Shown here: piece after piece, positions 33,000-42,589 of the stretch
How positions within the stretch are numbered: the first letter of the stretch is position 1
How the letters are laid out: every line of letters starts with the position of its first letter
Origin: an uncultured Verrucomicrobiota bacterium
GTDB taxonomy: Bacteria > Verrucomicrobiota > Kiritimatiellia > JAAZAB01
Assembly: GCA_964463985.1 (NCBI GenBank)
Contig: CAYXEK010000009.1
Coordinates: 572 to 64,571, forward strand
DNA length: 64,000 nt
Direction: 5' to 3'
Position numbers and translations under genes: made by a program
The notes under the pieces: model-generated
The model's database searches: none
The model's input: only the letters and a program-made list of their open reading frames with translations
Told to the model about the DNA's origin: nothing

Positions 33000-33057
33000 G
33001 GCGGCATTATGACGGCCGGCAATCTTAAAGACAAGCGCAATCTTACTCCTTGGCGGT

Positions 33058-35433
33058 TCAGCCCCCGGCGGGCCATTCCAGCTTCAAGAGCCGCGCGGCA
33101 TTTTCACCGTAAACCTTGCGCAGCACATCGTCGGGTAAGTTCAAGCCGTAAATATTGAACGCATGGTCAAACTCGTTCGCCGGAAACCATTCGTCGTCGG
33201 TTTCCAGGAATTGGAACCAGCGGCAGTATCCGTCATACTGGTTGGGGCAGGAATAATCCGTCCCCCACAGAATCCGGCCGGCATGGCGCATGAACAGCTC
33301 GCGGGCGCTGACCGGCTGGCGCCCCAGTTCAAACAACCGGGCGGCGGTATCCACGTACACGTTGGGACATTTGTCGAGCAGCGCCCCGCATGCCGGTAAA
33401 TCGGCCTCGCATGCCGCCAAGTGGGCGAAAATAAAGGTTGTGGCAGGCTGGGCCAGCGCCAACTGTTCCTGCTCACGCAGCAGCGCGGCATGTGAAGGAT
33501 ATCCCGGCGCGCCCCACCGCCAGTTCAGCGCGGCGTCATCCAGGGCGCGCAATTCCGCATAATTGCCGGCGATGGGCCGGAAACTGCGCAGCGGATCGGC
33601 AATATGATAGAGCACCGGCAAGTTCCGCTCGGCGGCCGCCCGCCAGACCGGCGCCAGGCGCGAATCTGTCGGCGCCACCAGGTTGCCGCGGCTATCGCGG
33701 TAAACCAGGCCCAATTCCTTGAAAATTTTCAAGCCGCGGGCGCCGGCCTGGATATCCTGGTCCAGTTTGCGGCAAACGTAATCCTTCCAGTCCGGCGCAT
33801 CCAGCCGGCGGAAATCCAACCCGCCGAAAATCAGGATCCGATCGCGCACCGGCGGCGGCAACCGATAAGGCTCCAGGGCCGCCGTGCGCAGGGAATCGCC
33901 GATCAGGTTTACGCCATAGCGGACATTGGCGGCATCCATGGCCGCCAGGGCGGCGGCCGGATCAAAGCGGTGGCCGCTGTAATGCATGTGAAAATCAATG
34001 GCCGGGAAACGCGCGGCCGGCACGGGATGATGCTCCGGAGCGCGCCGCATGAAAAGCACCCCGGCGGGCGCCGCGGCAGCCGGACGGACGGCGCCCGCGG
34101 CGCCGGTCAATCCCGCCGCCTCGGAATCAAACAAGCCGCGCAGCAGCAAACCCGACCAACCCTGGAGGCGATTGATGGCGACATCGCCGAACATGGAAGT
34201 TTTAACTTCATAACCGCCCTGTTTGAGCGCATCCACAGTGGGAAAATAGCCGGCATCGTCGTTGGCGTACCCCACCAGGAATGTATTGGCGAAGGGCGAA
34301 CGGGCCTTGATGGCCGCGCCGATCTCGTTGAACACCTCGCCCGGCAGTCCCAGGAAAACCGCATCGCCGACCACGATCCCCTGCAATTCCGTGGTCAATT
34401 CGCCGTTGGGCAGTTTAAACCGGCGTTGCGCGTAATTCCGTTCGCAACCGGCGTAAACGGCTTCCAGGCGCAGGCGGTCAATTTCCGCCTGATCTGCGCC
34501 GCAATCCCGCGCGGACTGCAGTTTTTCCAGGGCCGCGGCGTAAATGCGCTGCGCGGCGGCCGGCAGCATCCCGTCGCGCACCGGCAGGCGCAGGGGCAGG
34601 TTGCCGCCGCGCACGTTGAACTCGCCGCGCGGCTGAATGGCATGGACGAGGCGGACGGCTTCATCGCCGATAATCGCGCCGATCCGGGCGGAGCGCTCGA
34701 AAGTCCGGTTGGGTATGGGGCGGCCCAGGGCGCTGTCTTCCGCGGAGTAGCCGCCCGGATTAATGTCCCCGCAGGCGCCGTTAAGAAACAACACCACGGG
34801 ACGGTCGGGCAGACCGGCGCGCACGCGGGCGCAGACCTGGCCGGGATAATCGGCGGTGTAAAGCAGGTTTTTTAAATCCAGGGTGGTGGCGTGGCAGGCA
34901 TGATTGACAATGACGCCCATGGTTTTGCCCGTGCGGGCATCGTCCAGCCGCATGACGTTGACCGCGCGGTCAACCGGACCATTGACCGGATCGCGCCGGT
35001 TGCCGCCGACCCCGGCGACCGCGCCGGCTGCGGCACCCACCAGTGCCGGGCGGCGGGCCACATCGGCCATCATGATAACTTCGGCCAGCCGTTCTTCCAA
35101 TTCCTTCCGCCAGCGCTGATTCAACTCGTTGTCGCAGTCCAAGCTCGGCCCGGAGTGGGTATGCGTAGCGGCCAGCATCAGGCGCTCGGGCCGGATGGCG
35201 TTATGTGTGGCGCGCTGGCGCACGGCCGCGACAATTTCCGCGTCCAATTCGCACACGTCCACCACGCAAACGGCGCTTTTCCGGCCGTTGCGGCAATCGA
35301 ACACCGCCGCCCGGGCGTACAGTTCGTCGTGTGTCCCCGTCGCCGGGCCGGCGCGTTCCGCAAAACCGGCCATTTTCAGCCCCGGCGGGGGAGTAATCAC
35401 AATCTCGGCCACTCCGGCAAGAAACTCGTTCAT
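33058..35433 (-). CDS. fusion protein: neutral/alkaline ceramidase-like N-terminal domain plus a C-terminal amidohydrolase_2 (TIM-barrel metal hydrolase) domain
   Basis: N-terminus 'LKMAGFAERAGPATGTHDELYARAAVF'. C-terminus 'IDFHMHYSGH', 'VYVDTAA' and 'ILWGTDYS'. An 18-nt gap separates it from the upstream UbiA-like gene. Confidence 0.6.
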   Translation of the reverse strand: MNEFLAGVAEIVITPPPGLKMAGFAERAGPATGTHDELYARAAVFDCRNGRKSAVCVVDVCELDAEIVAAVRQRATHNAIRPERLMLAATHTHSGPSLDCDNELNQRWRKELEERLAEVIMMADVARRPALVGAAAGAVAGVGGNRRDPVNGPVDRAVNVMRLDDARTGKTMGVIVNHACHATTLDLKNLLYTADYPGQVCARVRAGLPDRPVVLFLNGACGDINPGGYSAEDSALGRPIPNRTFERSARIGAIIGDEAVRLVHAIQPRGEFNVRGGNLPLRLPVRDGMLPAAAQRIYAAALEKLQSARDCGADQAEIDRLRLEAVYAGCERNYAQRRFKLPNGELTTELQGIVVGDAVFLGLPGEVFNEIGAAIKARSPFANTFLVGYANDDAGYFPTVDALKQGGYEVKTSMFGDVAINRLQGWSGLLLRGLFDSEAAGLTGAAGAVRPAAAAPAGVLFMRRAPEHHPVPAARFPAIDFHMHYSGHRFDPAAALAAMDAANVRYGVNLIGDSLRTAALEPYRLPPPVRDRILIFGGLDFRRLDAPDWKDYVCRKLDQDIQAGARGLKIFKELGLVYRDSRGNLVAPTDSRLAPVWRAAAERNLPVLYHIADPLRSFRPIAGNYAELRALDDAALNWRWGAPGYPSHAALLREQEQLALAQPATTFIFAHLAACEADLPACGALLDKCPNVYVDTAARLFELGRQPVSARELFMRHAGRILWGTDYSCPNQYDGYCRWFQFLETDDEWFPANEFDHAFNIYGLNLPDDVLRKVYGENAARLLKLEWPAGG

Positions 35434-35451
35434 ATTTACGCTCCTGGTTAA

Positions 35452-36414
35452 TTACGGCTGCATTTCAAGGGCATGGCGCACCACCTTGTGGGCGAAGGTG
35501 CTGTGAAAAACCTGGCGGAACTCCGGCCAGTCCAGGAACAGCAAGAGCGTGCACGCGCCGAAAGACGCCAGCACCAGCAGCATCAGCTTGCGCGCGCGGA
35601 ACAGTTTTTCCGGGTATTGCACGGGACTCCGCGGCTTATAGGACAGGTGCAGGTAATAGGCCATGGTATAGGCCAGCGGCAACGCGGCGAGGATGAGTTC
35701 AAAATGGTAGCGCGCAATGAAAAATCCGCCGTTCAAGGCAAACATGGTGGCGTAAAAAAACATGCTTACCAACAGGTTCTCCTCCGTGTAATATCCGAAG
35801 GATCTCCGGTAACGCGCCGCGCGCGCCGGATCCGCCAGGCTGCGGTATTCCGCAAACCTCTTGGCGGCCATCAGAAACGCGCCGAACATCCAGTAAGCCA
35901 GCGCCAACGACAGCGGCGGCGGGGCGGCCAGCCCCGTGCTGAACCAGCCAAGCGCCAGGCGGATGGGGTTGTTCAGCGATTCGCTCAGCACATCGGCGTA
36001 CGGCAGGTCTTTCAGGCGTATGGGACGGAGATTGTATAGAATCCCCATGATCCACAGCGCCAGGCCGGCCCCGCCGAACCCCGGGTTCATCCGCCAAGCC
36101 AGGCCCAGGCCGGCCGCGCTGAGCGCGGCCCAGAGGAACCAGCATACCGGAACGCCGGCCTGGCCGCTCGGGATGGGGCGGCGGCATTTTTCCGGGTGGT
36201 GCAAATCCGTCGGCGCATCCAGGATTTCATTGAAAACGTAATTGGCGGAAGCGATGAGGCAGGCGATGGCCAAGCCCCAGAGCACCCTTGCCCAGACGCC
36301 GGGCGCCAGTAGCGACGGCTGGAAAAACAGCGCCAGCGCCACCCCGGGCAGCATGAAGATGTTTTTGAACCAATGATCCGGACGCGCTACGCTCACATAT
36401 GGCAGAATTTTCAT
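35452..36414 (-). CDS. UbiA-family prenyltransferase, decaprenyl-phosphate phosphoribosyltransferase-like
   Basis: 'NEILDAPTDLHHPEKCRRPIPSG' matches the DPPR-synthase-type NDxxD...K..RP..SG motif. About 8 TM segments. Confidence 0.7.
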   Translation of the reverse strand: MKILPYVSVARPDHWFKNIFMLPGVALALFFQPSLLAPGVWARVLWGLAIACLIASANYVFNEILDAPTDLHHPEKCRRPIPSGQAGVPVCWFLWAALSAAGLGLAWRMNPGFGGAGLALWIMGILYNLRPIRLKDLPYADVLSESLNNPIRLALGWFSTGLAAPPPLSLALAYWMFGAFLMAAKRFAEYRSLADPARAARYRRSFGYYTEENLLVSMFFYATMFALNGGFFIARYHFELILAALPLAYTMAYYLHLSYKPRSPVQYPEKLFRARKLMLLVLASFGACTLLLFLDWPEFRQVFHSTFAHKVVRHALEMQP

Positions 36415-36429
36415 GCCGTCACGGGCGTA

Positions 36430-37008
36430 TCAGACGCCGGGCCGGCCGGCGGATGGAGAAGAGGCCGCCGGCGCGGCAGGGCCACCTTCCGCCTTGCCGG
36501 CTTTTTGCGGCTTGAGCAGCATGATCAGATTATGTCCGAACAGTTTCGCCGGCGACTCGGCAACGCCGACTTTCTCGCAATCGCGCAGCAGCCGTTCGAA
36601 CAGGGCGTAACCCAGGTCCCGGTGTTCGTTTTCACGCCCGCGGAACATCAGGGAAGTTTTGACGCGCTGGCCTTTCTGCAGAAAATCCGTGATATGGCTC
36701 AGCTTGGTGGTGTAATCATGTTCTTCCACGTTCAGGTGGAATTTGATCTCTTTCACCACCGCCGTATTCTGATGTTTGCGCGCCAGCTTGTTCTTCCGGC
36801 TTTCCTCGTAACGGTACTTGCCGAAATTCATGATGCGGCATACCGGCGGCTGGGCGTTGGGCGAAATTTCCACCAGATCCATGCCCCGGCTTTCCGCCAG
36901 GCGCAGGGCTTCGGAAGTTGAAAGCACGCCGATCTGTTCGCCGGTATCGGAGATGCAACGAACCTGCGGAACGCGAATCCGATGATTGACTCTGATTGTA
37001 GTGCGAAT
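36430..37008 (-). CDS. infC: translation initiation factor IF-3 with a non-canonical AUU start
   Basis: The track ORF begins at 'VLSTSEAL', but the same frame continues upstream as 'IRTTIRVNHRIRVPQVRCISDTGEQIG', the IF3 N-domain. Two in-frame ATT codons at 37011-37006 sit 3-6 nt after 'gggagg'. Confidence 0.75.
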   Translation of the reverse strand: MRTTIRVNHRIRVPQVRCISDTGEQIGVLSTSEALRLAESRGMDLVEISPNAQPPVCRIMNFGKYRYEESRKNKLARKHQNTAVVKEIKFHLNVEEHDYTTKLSHITDFLQKGQRVKTSLMFRGRENEHRDLGYALFERLLRDCEKVGVAESPAKLFGHNLIMLLKPQKAGKAEGGPAAPAASSPSAGRPGV

Positions 37009-37023
37009 AATCTGCCTCCCTGG

Positions 37024-38739
37024 TTAGTATTCCGGCGCGGCGGATTCCCGCGCCAATTTCTCACGGAATGCCGCCAGCGGGCAAGCGCCTTCGTCGCCCG
37101 CCGCGCGGCTGCGCACGGACACCTGGCCGGCGGCGGCCTCGCGCGGGCCGATCACCAGCATGTAGGGTATCTTGTCCAGCTGGGCATTGCGAATTTTTGC
37201 GCCGATTTTTCCGGCGCTGGAGTCCACCGCCGCCCGCGCGCCCGCGGCCAGCAAATCGTCCGCGACCCCGCGGGCGTAATCCAGCTGCTGGTCGGTTAAA
37301 GGCAGCACGCGCACCTGTTCCGGCGCCAGCCAGAGCGGGAAAGCGCCCTTGTAATGTTCCGTTAAAATTCCGAAAAACCGCTCCAGGCTGCCGAGCAGCG
37401 CCCGGTGCACCATGTATGGCCGGTGTTCCTTCCCGTCCTCGGCGATGTAAGACATGTCAAACCGCTCGGGCAGGTTGAAATCGAACTGCACGGTGCTCAA
37501 CTGCCAGGCGCGGCCGATGGCATCCTGGATTTTCAAGTCCACCTTGGGCCCGTAAAACGCGCCGCCGCCTTCATCCCGCTGGTAATCCACCTGCAATTCC
37601 CGCAGCGCCTGCTCCAGCGCCGCCGTGGCCTGCGCCCAGTTTTCCGGCGCGCCGACGGCCTTGGCCGGCCGGGTGGCCAGGTAGGCGGAAATTTCGGTGA
37701 AACCGAAGGCGCGCAGAATGCGCATGGCAAAGTCCACGGTGCGCTTGATTTCCGCCGCCATCTGGCCGGGCGTGCAGAAGATATGCGCATCATCCTGGGT
37801 GAAACCGCGCACCCGCAGCAGGCCGTGCAACACCCCGGCCTTCTCGTAGCGGTAAACCGTCCCCAATTCGGCCCAACGCAAAGGCAATTCGCGGTAGGAA
37901 CGCCTGGCGGATTTGTACACCTGGATGTGGAACGGGCAATTCATCGGTTTCAGGTAATAGGCGGCGTTGTCAATTTCCATCGCCGCGTACATGCTTTCGC
38001 GGTAGAAATCCAGATGCCCGGAAGTTTCCCACAGGTTGGCCCGGCCGATGTGCGGAGTGTAAAGCAATTCGTAACCGCCGCGCAAATGCGCCTGCCGCCA
38101 GAAATCCTCGATCAAGACGCGGATGCGCGCGCCGCGGGGATGCCAATGAATGAGGCCCGGGCCAACCAGTTCCTGCACGCTGAACAAATCCAGTTCCCGC
38201 CCGAGCTTGCGGTGATCGCGCTGCTTGGCCTCTTCCAGGCGCTGCAGGATGACCTGGAGGGCGGCGGCATCGGCGGCGGCCGTGCCGTAAACCCGCTGGA
38301 GCATGGGATTGGTTTCCAGGCCGCGGTAGTAGGACCCGGCCACCGTCAACAGTTTGAAGGCCTTGATCTGCCCGGACCGCTCCACGTGGGGCCCGCGGCA
38401 GAGATCAGGGAAATCCCCGCAGCGGTAAAAGGTGATGTTTTCCCCGTCCGGTATGTCCGCCAACCGTTCCAGCTTGTAAGGCTGGTCCCGCAGCATTTCC
38501 TCGGCCTGCCGGCGGGTCACCTCCAGGCGCTCAAACGGCAGGTCCTCGGCAATGATGCGGGCCATCTCCGCCTCAATGGCCGGGAAATCCTCCGGGGTCA
38601 ACCGGTGTTCCAGATCGAAATCGTAATAAAAACCATCGTCCGTGGCCGGGCCGATATCCAGGCGGACTTTGCCGAACAACCGGCACACCGCCGCCGCCAT
38701 TATATGCGCCGCGCTATGGCGCATTGTTTCCAGTTCCAA
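37024..38739 (-). CDS. thrS: threonyl-tRNA synthetase, short form lacking the N-terminal TGS domain
   Basis: It starts at TTG after 'ggggagggg' with 'MRHSAAHIMAAA', the N2 editing-domain motif. Class II catalytic core and anticodon-binding domain are present. 571 aa. Confidence 0.9.
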   Translation of the reverse strand: MELETMRHSAAHIMAAAVCRLFGKVRLDIGPATDDGFYYDFDLEHRLTPEDFPAIEAEMARIIAEDLPFERLEVTRRQAEEMLRDQPYKLERLADIPDGENITFYRCGDFPDLCRGPHVERSGQIKAFKLLTVAGSYYRGLETNPMLQRVYGTAAADAAALQVILQRLEEAKQRDHRKLGRELDLFSVQELVGPGLIHWHPRGARIRVLIEDFWRQAHLRGGYELLYTPHIGRANLWETSGHLDFYRESMYAAMEIDNAAYYLKPMNCPFHIQVYKSARRSYRELPLRWAELGTVYRYEKAGVLHGLLRVRGFTQDDAHIFCTPGQMAAEIKRTVDFAMRILRAFGFTEISAYLATRPAKAVGAPENWAQATAALEQALRELQVDYQRDEGGGAFYGPKVDLKIQDAIGRAWQLSTVQFDFNLPERFDMSYIAEDGKEHRPYMVHRALLGSLERFFGILTEHYKGAFPLWLAPEQVRVLPLTDQQLDYARGVADDLLAAGARAAVDSSAGKIGAKIRNAQLDKIPYMLVIGPREAAAGQVSVRSRAAGDEGACPLAAFREKLARESAAPEY

Positions 38740-38799
38740 GATATGCCCCTCCCCGACTTGTGCAGCCGTTACCGGCCTGTTTTTATATACTGGCTTATA

Positions 38800-38829
38800 A
38801 ATCTAGCTTTTTTCCCCGTTCTTGTCAAT
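38800..38829 (-). promoter_or_regulatory. putative thrS promoter (TTGACA-N18-TAGATT on the minus strand)
   Basis: Consensus -35 in the AT-rich divergent region between thrS and nrdR. Confidence 0.3.
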
Positions 38830-38949
38830 CTTCGGCGCGCGCCCCGCCGGCCGGCAGGCCCGCATCTTTGCGCTTTATTTTCCGCAACCTTGTGTTATGC
38901 TTGGTTAAACCAAGGCAAATAGCGCGAATTTTGCCCCGGAGAGCTTGAT

Positions 38950-39405
38950 ATGCGATGCCCGAAATGCGGCCACCTGAACGACAAGGTCATAGACAGCCGC
39001 GCGGCGCGGGATGGCGCATCCATCCGGCGCCGGCGCATCTGCCTGCAATGCGGGCATCGGTTCACGACTTACGAGGAAATCATCAAGGCCAGTTTGCGCG
39101 TGTTGAAAAGGGATGGCCGCTCGGAAGAGTTCGACCGGCAAAAACTGCTGAGCGGCATCGCGCGCGCCTGCCAGAAACGCTCGGTGACCATGGAACAAAT
39201 GGAAGAAATGGTGAATTCCATCATCAATGAACTGGACAGCGAATACGACCGCGATGTGCCCAGTACGGCCATCGGCGAAAAAGTCATGGAGCGCCTGGAA
39301 AACCTGGACGAAGTGGCCTACGTCCGTTTCGCCTCGGTTTACCGCCAGTTCAAGGATGTCAATCAATTCCTCACCGAAATCAGGGGATTAATCAGCCGCG
39401 AATGA
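38950..39405 (+). CDS. nrdR: transcriptional repressor NrdR
   Basis: N-terminal zinc ribbon 'MRCPKCGHLNDKVIDSR...CLQCGHRF' and an ATP-cone. Confidence 0.9.
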   Translation: MRCPKCGHLNDKVIDSRAARDGASIRRRRICLQCGHRFTTYEEIIKASLRVLKRDGRSEEFDRQKLLSGIARACQKRSVTMEQMEEMVNSIINELDSEYDRDVPSTAIGEKVMERLENLDEVAYVRFASVYRQFKDVNQFLTEIRGLISRE

Positions 39406-40112
39406 TCTGGAATTGTACAATACAACCGTCCGACCATCCGCTCGTAAAACATATTCATGCCGAATTGGCCGCCGCCGGAATCGCGGCGGCTGAAGGCGCC
39501 GCACCCGGCGCGGCGCGGCGGCAGGCTGCCGCGGCGGCGGTGGCGGCGTATCTGCGGCAGGAAGGCCGCACCGCCGTCGCCACGGAATACCTGCTGCTGC
39601 TTACGGCGCGCGCCTTGTGGGCGGTGGGCGAGGAACATGCCGCCCGCTGCCTGGTGCATGCCGGAGGACAGCCGCTGGGGTTTTCCCGGCATTATGCCGA
39701 TGCCGCCTGCGCCGCCGGCATAGCCGCGGATGATTGGGCGTCGTTTTTCGCTTCGCGGGCCGTGCGGCCGGCGGAGTTTCCCAGCCTGGGCAGGGGAACA
39801 TTGTGGATTCTGGACATGGCCAGGCTGGCGCCCGGGCGGACTCCGGGACTGGAACTGGCCGTCCTGCGCGCCATGCAAGCCGCGCTGACGCGTTTAGCGC
39901 ATGTCTGGGACGGCGCCGGCGGCAAAGGGTTGCTGGGGCTGAGCCGCCTGCGCCAGGCCGCCGGCTTGATTCTGGATGCGCCGCCTTCATCCCGCAAAGC
40001 GCGGCGGCTGGCGGCGGAACTTACCCGGCATTGCTGGGCCTGGCTGGAAATTTTGAAAACCCGCCGCGGTTGGACCGCCCAGCCAGGACTGGTAAGCCTG
40101 GATTTGTATTAG
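39402..40112 (+). CDS. hypothetical protein (236 aa), translationally coupled to nrdR
   Basis: ATGA overlap with the nrdR stop. Ala/Arg-rich; no motif recognised. Confidence 0.45.
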   Translation: MIWNCTIQPSDHPLVKHIHAELAAAGIAAAEGAAPGAARRQAAAAAVAAYLRQEGRTAVATEYLLLLTARALWAVGEEHAARCLVHAGGQPLGFSRHYADAACAAGIAADDWASFFASRAVRPAEFPSLGRGTLWILDMARLAPGRTPGLELAVLRAMQAALTRLAHVWDGAGGKGLLGLSRLRQAAGLILDAPPSSRKARRLAAELTRHCWAWLEILKTRRGWTAQPGLVSLDLY

Positions 40113-40123
40113 CGCGCAAGCAT

Positions 40124-40777
40124 ATGCATGACGGCATTTCACATATTACGCGCGGCCGGCCGACCGGCCGGCGCTCATTCCTCAAAGCCGGCCTGGCGGC
40201 GGCCGCCTGGGCGGGCTGGCGCCGGCTGGCAGGGGCGAGTTTGCCGATGCCGCCCCCGGCTGATGCCGCCGCCCTGTTTCCCGGCGTGGAAGTCTTTCCC
40301 CGGCATGCCTGGACCTGGTTTGATCCGCGTCCGGCGTTGATGCGTCCGGCATACGATTACACACGCCTGACGGTGCACCATGCCGGCACCGGCGTCAACA
40401 CCCATACCGCCTGGGATGACGCCGTGTGCGATCTCAACGGCATCCTGGAGGCGCACCTGCAAAACCGCTTCGGCGATATCGCTTATCACTTCATCATTGA
40501 TTATGCCGGCCGCATCTGGGCCGGCCGGCCGCTGTGTTATATGGGCGCACATGTGTCCGGGTTCAATGAAAACAATCTCGGCATCATGCTGCTCGGCAAT
40601 TTCGAAGAACAGCGCCCCGCGCCGGCACAGGTTCAATCGCTCTGCGCTTTGATCAAAGCCGCACAGAACACATGGCGCATTCCCGCCGCAGGAGTTTTCG
40701 GCCACCGGGATTTGGGGCGCAGTTTATGTCCCGGCGCAAATCTTTACCCGCTTCTGCCATACTGCACAACCGCATGA
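40124..40777 (+). CDS. N-acetylmuramoyl-L-alanine amidase (Amidase_2 / PGRP-like) with a Tat signal
   Basis: 'RRSFLKAGLAAAA' twin-arginine signal and 'VHHAGTGV...AYHFIID' amidase_2 motifs. The true start is ATG 40124 inside the longer track ORF. Confidence 0.75.
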   Translation: MHDGISHITRGRPTGRRSFLKAGLAAAAWAGWRRLAGASLPMPPPADAAALFPGVEVFPRHAWTWFDPRPALMRPAYDYTRLTVHHAGTGVNTHTAWDDAVCDLNGILEAHLQNRFGDIAYHFIIDYAGRIWAGRPLCYMGAHVSGFNENNLGIMLLGNFEEQRPAPAQVQSLCALIKAAQNTWRIPAAGVFGHRDLGRSLCPGANLYPLLPYCTTA

Positions 40778-42048
40778 CCTCCATGAAAAACACCACCTCC
40801 GCCCCGACTTCGGACGCGCCCGCCGCACCCCGCCGCTGCCGCGGCGCCAACGCCCGGTTTGATTCCATCGAAGCGGTTTTAAAGGACATCCGGCGCGGCG
40901 CAATGGTGGTAATCGTGGATGACGAATGCCGGGAAAACGAAGGCGATCTCGTTATGGCGGCCGCCAAGACCACCGCGCGCGCCATCAATTTCATGGCCAC
41001 CCATGGCCGCGGCCTGATCTGCGTCGCCCTGACGGGCGAACGCCTGGCCAAACTCCAGATCAAGCGGATGTCTTCCGTCCACCAGCCCGATAGAATGCGC
41101 ACCGCCTTCATGGAATCCGTGGATGCCCGCCAGGGTGTGACCACCGGCATCAGCGCCTACGACCGCGCGCGCACCACCAAGGCGCTGGTGGACGAAAAGA
41201 CCGCGCCGGCCGACCTGGTCAGCCCCGGCCATGTTTTCCCGCTCGAAGCCCGCGAAGGCGGCGTGCTCCATCGCGCCGGCCATACCGAGGCTTCCGTTGA
41301 TCTCGCGCGCCTGGCCGGGCTCCCGCCCGCGGGGGTAATCTGTGAAATCATGCGCCCGGACGGACGCATGGCCCGGCTGCCGGACCTCCAGGCGTTCGCC
41401 CGGCGCCACCGCCTGAAAATCACTTCCGTGGCCGACCTGATCGCTTACCGGCGCCGGCGCGAGAAACTGGTGGAATGCGTCCACTCAGTCATGCTGCCTA
41501 CGGATTACGGTGTTTTCCAGCTTAAGCTTTACCGCTCGCTGACCAATGCGGAAACTCATCTGGCGCTGGTCATGGGCGAGCCGGCGCGCCAGAAATCCGC
41601 CCTGGTGCGCGTGCACAGCGAATGCCTGACCGGCGATGTCTTCGGCTCGCTGCGCTGCGATTGCGGACAGCAACTTCACGCCGCCATGCGCCAGATCGCC
41701 GCGGAGAAACACGGCGTCATACTTTATATGCGCCAGGAAGGCCGGGGCATCGGCCTGGAGAAAAAAATCCATGCCTATGCGCTTCAGGAAGCCGGCCTGG
41801 ACACGGTGGAAGCCAATCATCGGCTGGGTTTTGCCGCCGACCTGCGCGATTACGGGTTCGGCGCGCAGATTCTCTCGGATTTAGGCTTGCAAAACATCCG
41901 CCTGATGACCAATAATCCCCGCAAAGTCATCGGCCTGGAAGGTTACGGCATCCGCATTGTCGAACGCATCCCGATCGTGCTGCCGGCCAATAGTTTCAAC
42001 CGCAGGTATCTGAACACGAAACGCAGGAAAATGGGACATTGGTTGTAA
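40774..42048 (+). CDS. ribBA: bifunctional 3,4-dihydroxy-2-butanone-4-phosphate synthase / GTP cyclohydrolase II
   Basis: 'VVIVDDECRENEGDL' (RibB) and 'CLTGDVFGSLRCDCG' (RibA). ATGA overlap with the amidase stop. Confidence 0.9.
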   Translation: MTSMKNTTSAPTSDAPAAPRRCRGANARFDSIEAVLKDIRRGAMVVIVDDECRENEGDLVMAAAKTTARAINFMATHGRGLICVALTGERLAKLQIKRMSSVHQPDRMRTAFMESVDARQGVTTGISAYDRARTTKALVDEKTAPADLVSPGHVFPLEAREGGVLHRAGHTEASVDLARLAGLPPAGVICEIMRPDGRMARLPDLQAFARRHRLKITSVADLIAYRRRREKLVECVHSVMLPTDYGVFQLKLYRSLTNAETHLALVMGEPARQKSALVRVHSECLTGDVFGSLRCDCGQQLHAAMRQIAAEKHGVILYMRQEGRGIGLEKKIHAYALQEAGLDTVEANHRLGFAADLRDYGFGAQILSDLGLQNIRLMTNNPRKVIGLEGYGIRIVERIPIVLPANSFNRRYLNTKRRKMGHWL

Positions 42049-42077
42049 GCGGACAATCATCACAGGAGAAGCACCAG

Positions 42078-42554
42078 ATGCAAATCAAGGAAATCAGCGC
42101 CGAACTGACCGCGCGTCAATTGCGCTTCGGCATCGTTATCAGCCGGTTCAACGACATGTTCACCACCCAACTCCTGCGCGGAGCGCTGGACTGCCTGCAA
42201 CGGCATGGCGCGGACAACGACGCCATCACCGTTGTCTGGGTGCCGGGAGCGTTTGAAATCCCCCTGCCTCTTCAGAAACTGGCCGCCAGCGGGAAGTACG
42301 ACGCCTTGATCGCCATGGGCATGGTGATTCAAGGCGCCACCCCGCATGCCGGGCTTATCGGCAGCCAGGTGACCCGCGCGCTGACCCAGATCGCGCTCAA
42401 GGAAAACATACCGGTGGTGGACGGCATCGTCGTGGCCGACACGCTGGATCAGGCCATCGAACGCTCCGGCAGCAAGGCCGGCAACCGGGGCTGGAACGCC
42501 GCCCTGTCCGCCATTGAAATGGCGGGGCTTTGCCGCCGGTTGGATGGCAAATAA
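42078..42554 (+). CDS. ribH: 6,7-dimethyl-8-ribityllumazine synthase
   Basis: 'RFGIVISRFND' and 'VPGAFEIP'. Confidence 0.9.
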   Translation: MQIKEISAELTARQLRFGIVISRFNDMFTTQLLRGALDCLQRHGADNDAITVVWVPGAFEIPLPLQKLAASGKYDALIAMGMVIQGATPHAGLIGSQVTRALTQIALKENIPVVDGIVVADTLDQAIERSGSKAGNRGWNAALSAIEMAGLCRRLDGK

Positions 42555-42589
42555 TCCGCGTCTAACGCCATCCATGCGAAGGAATTCTT

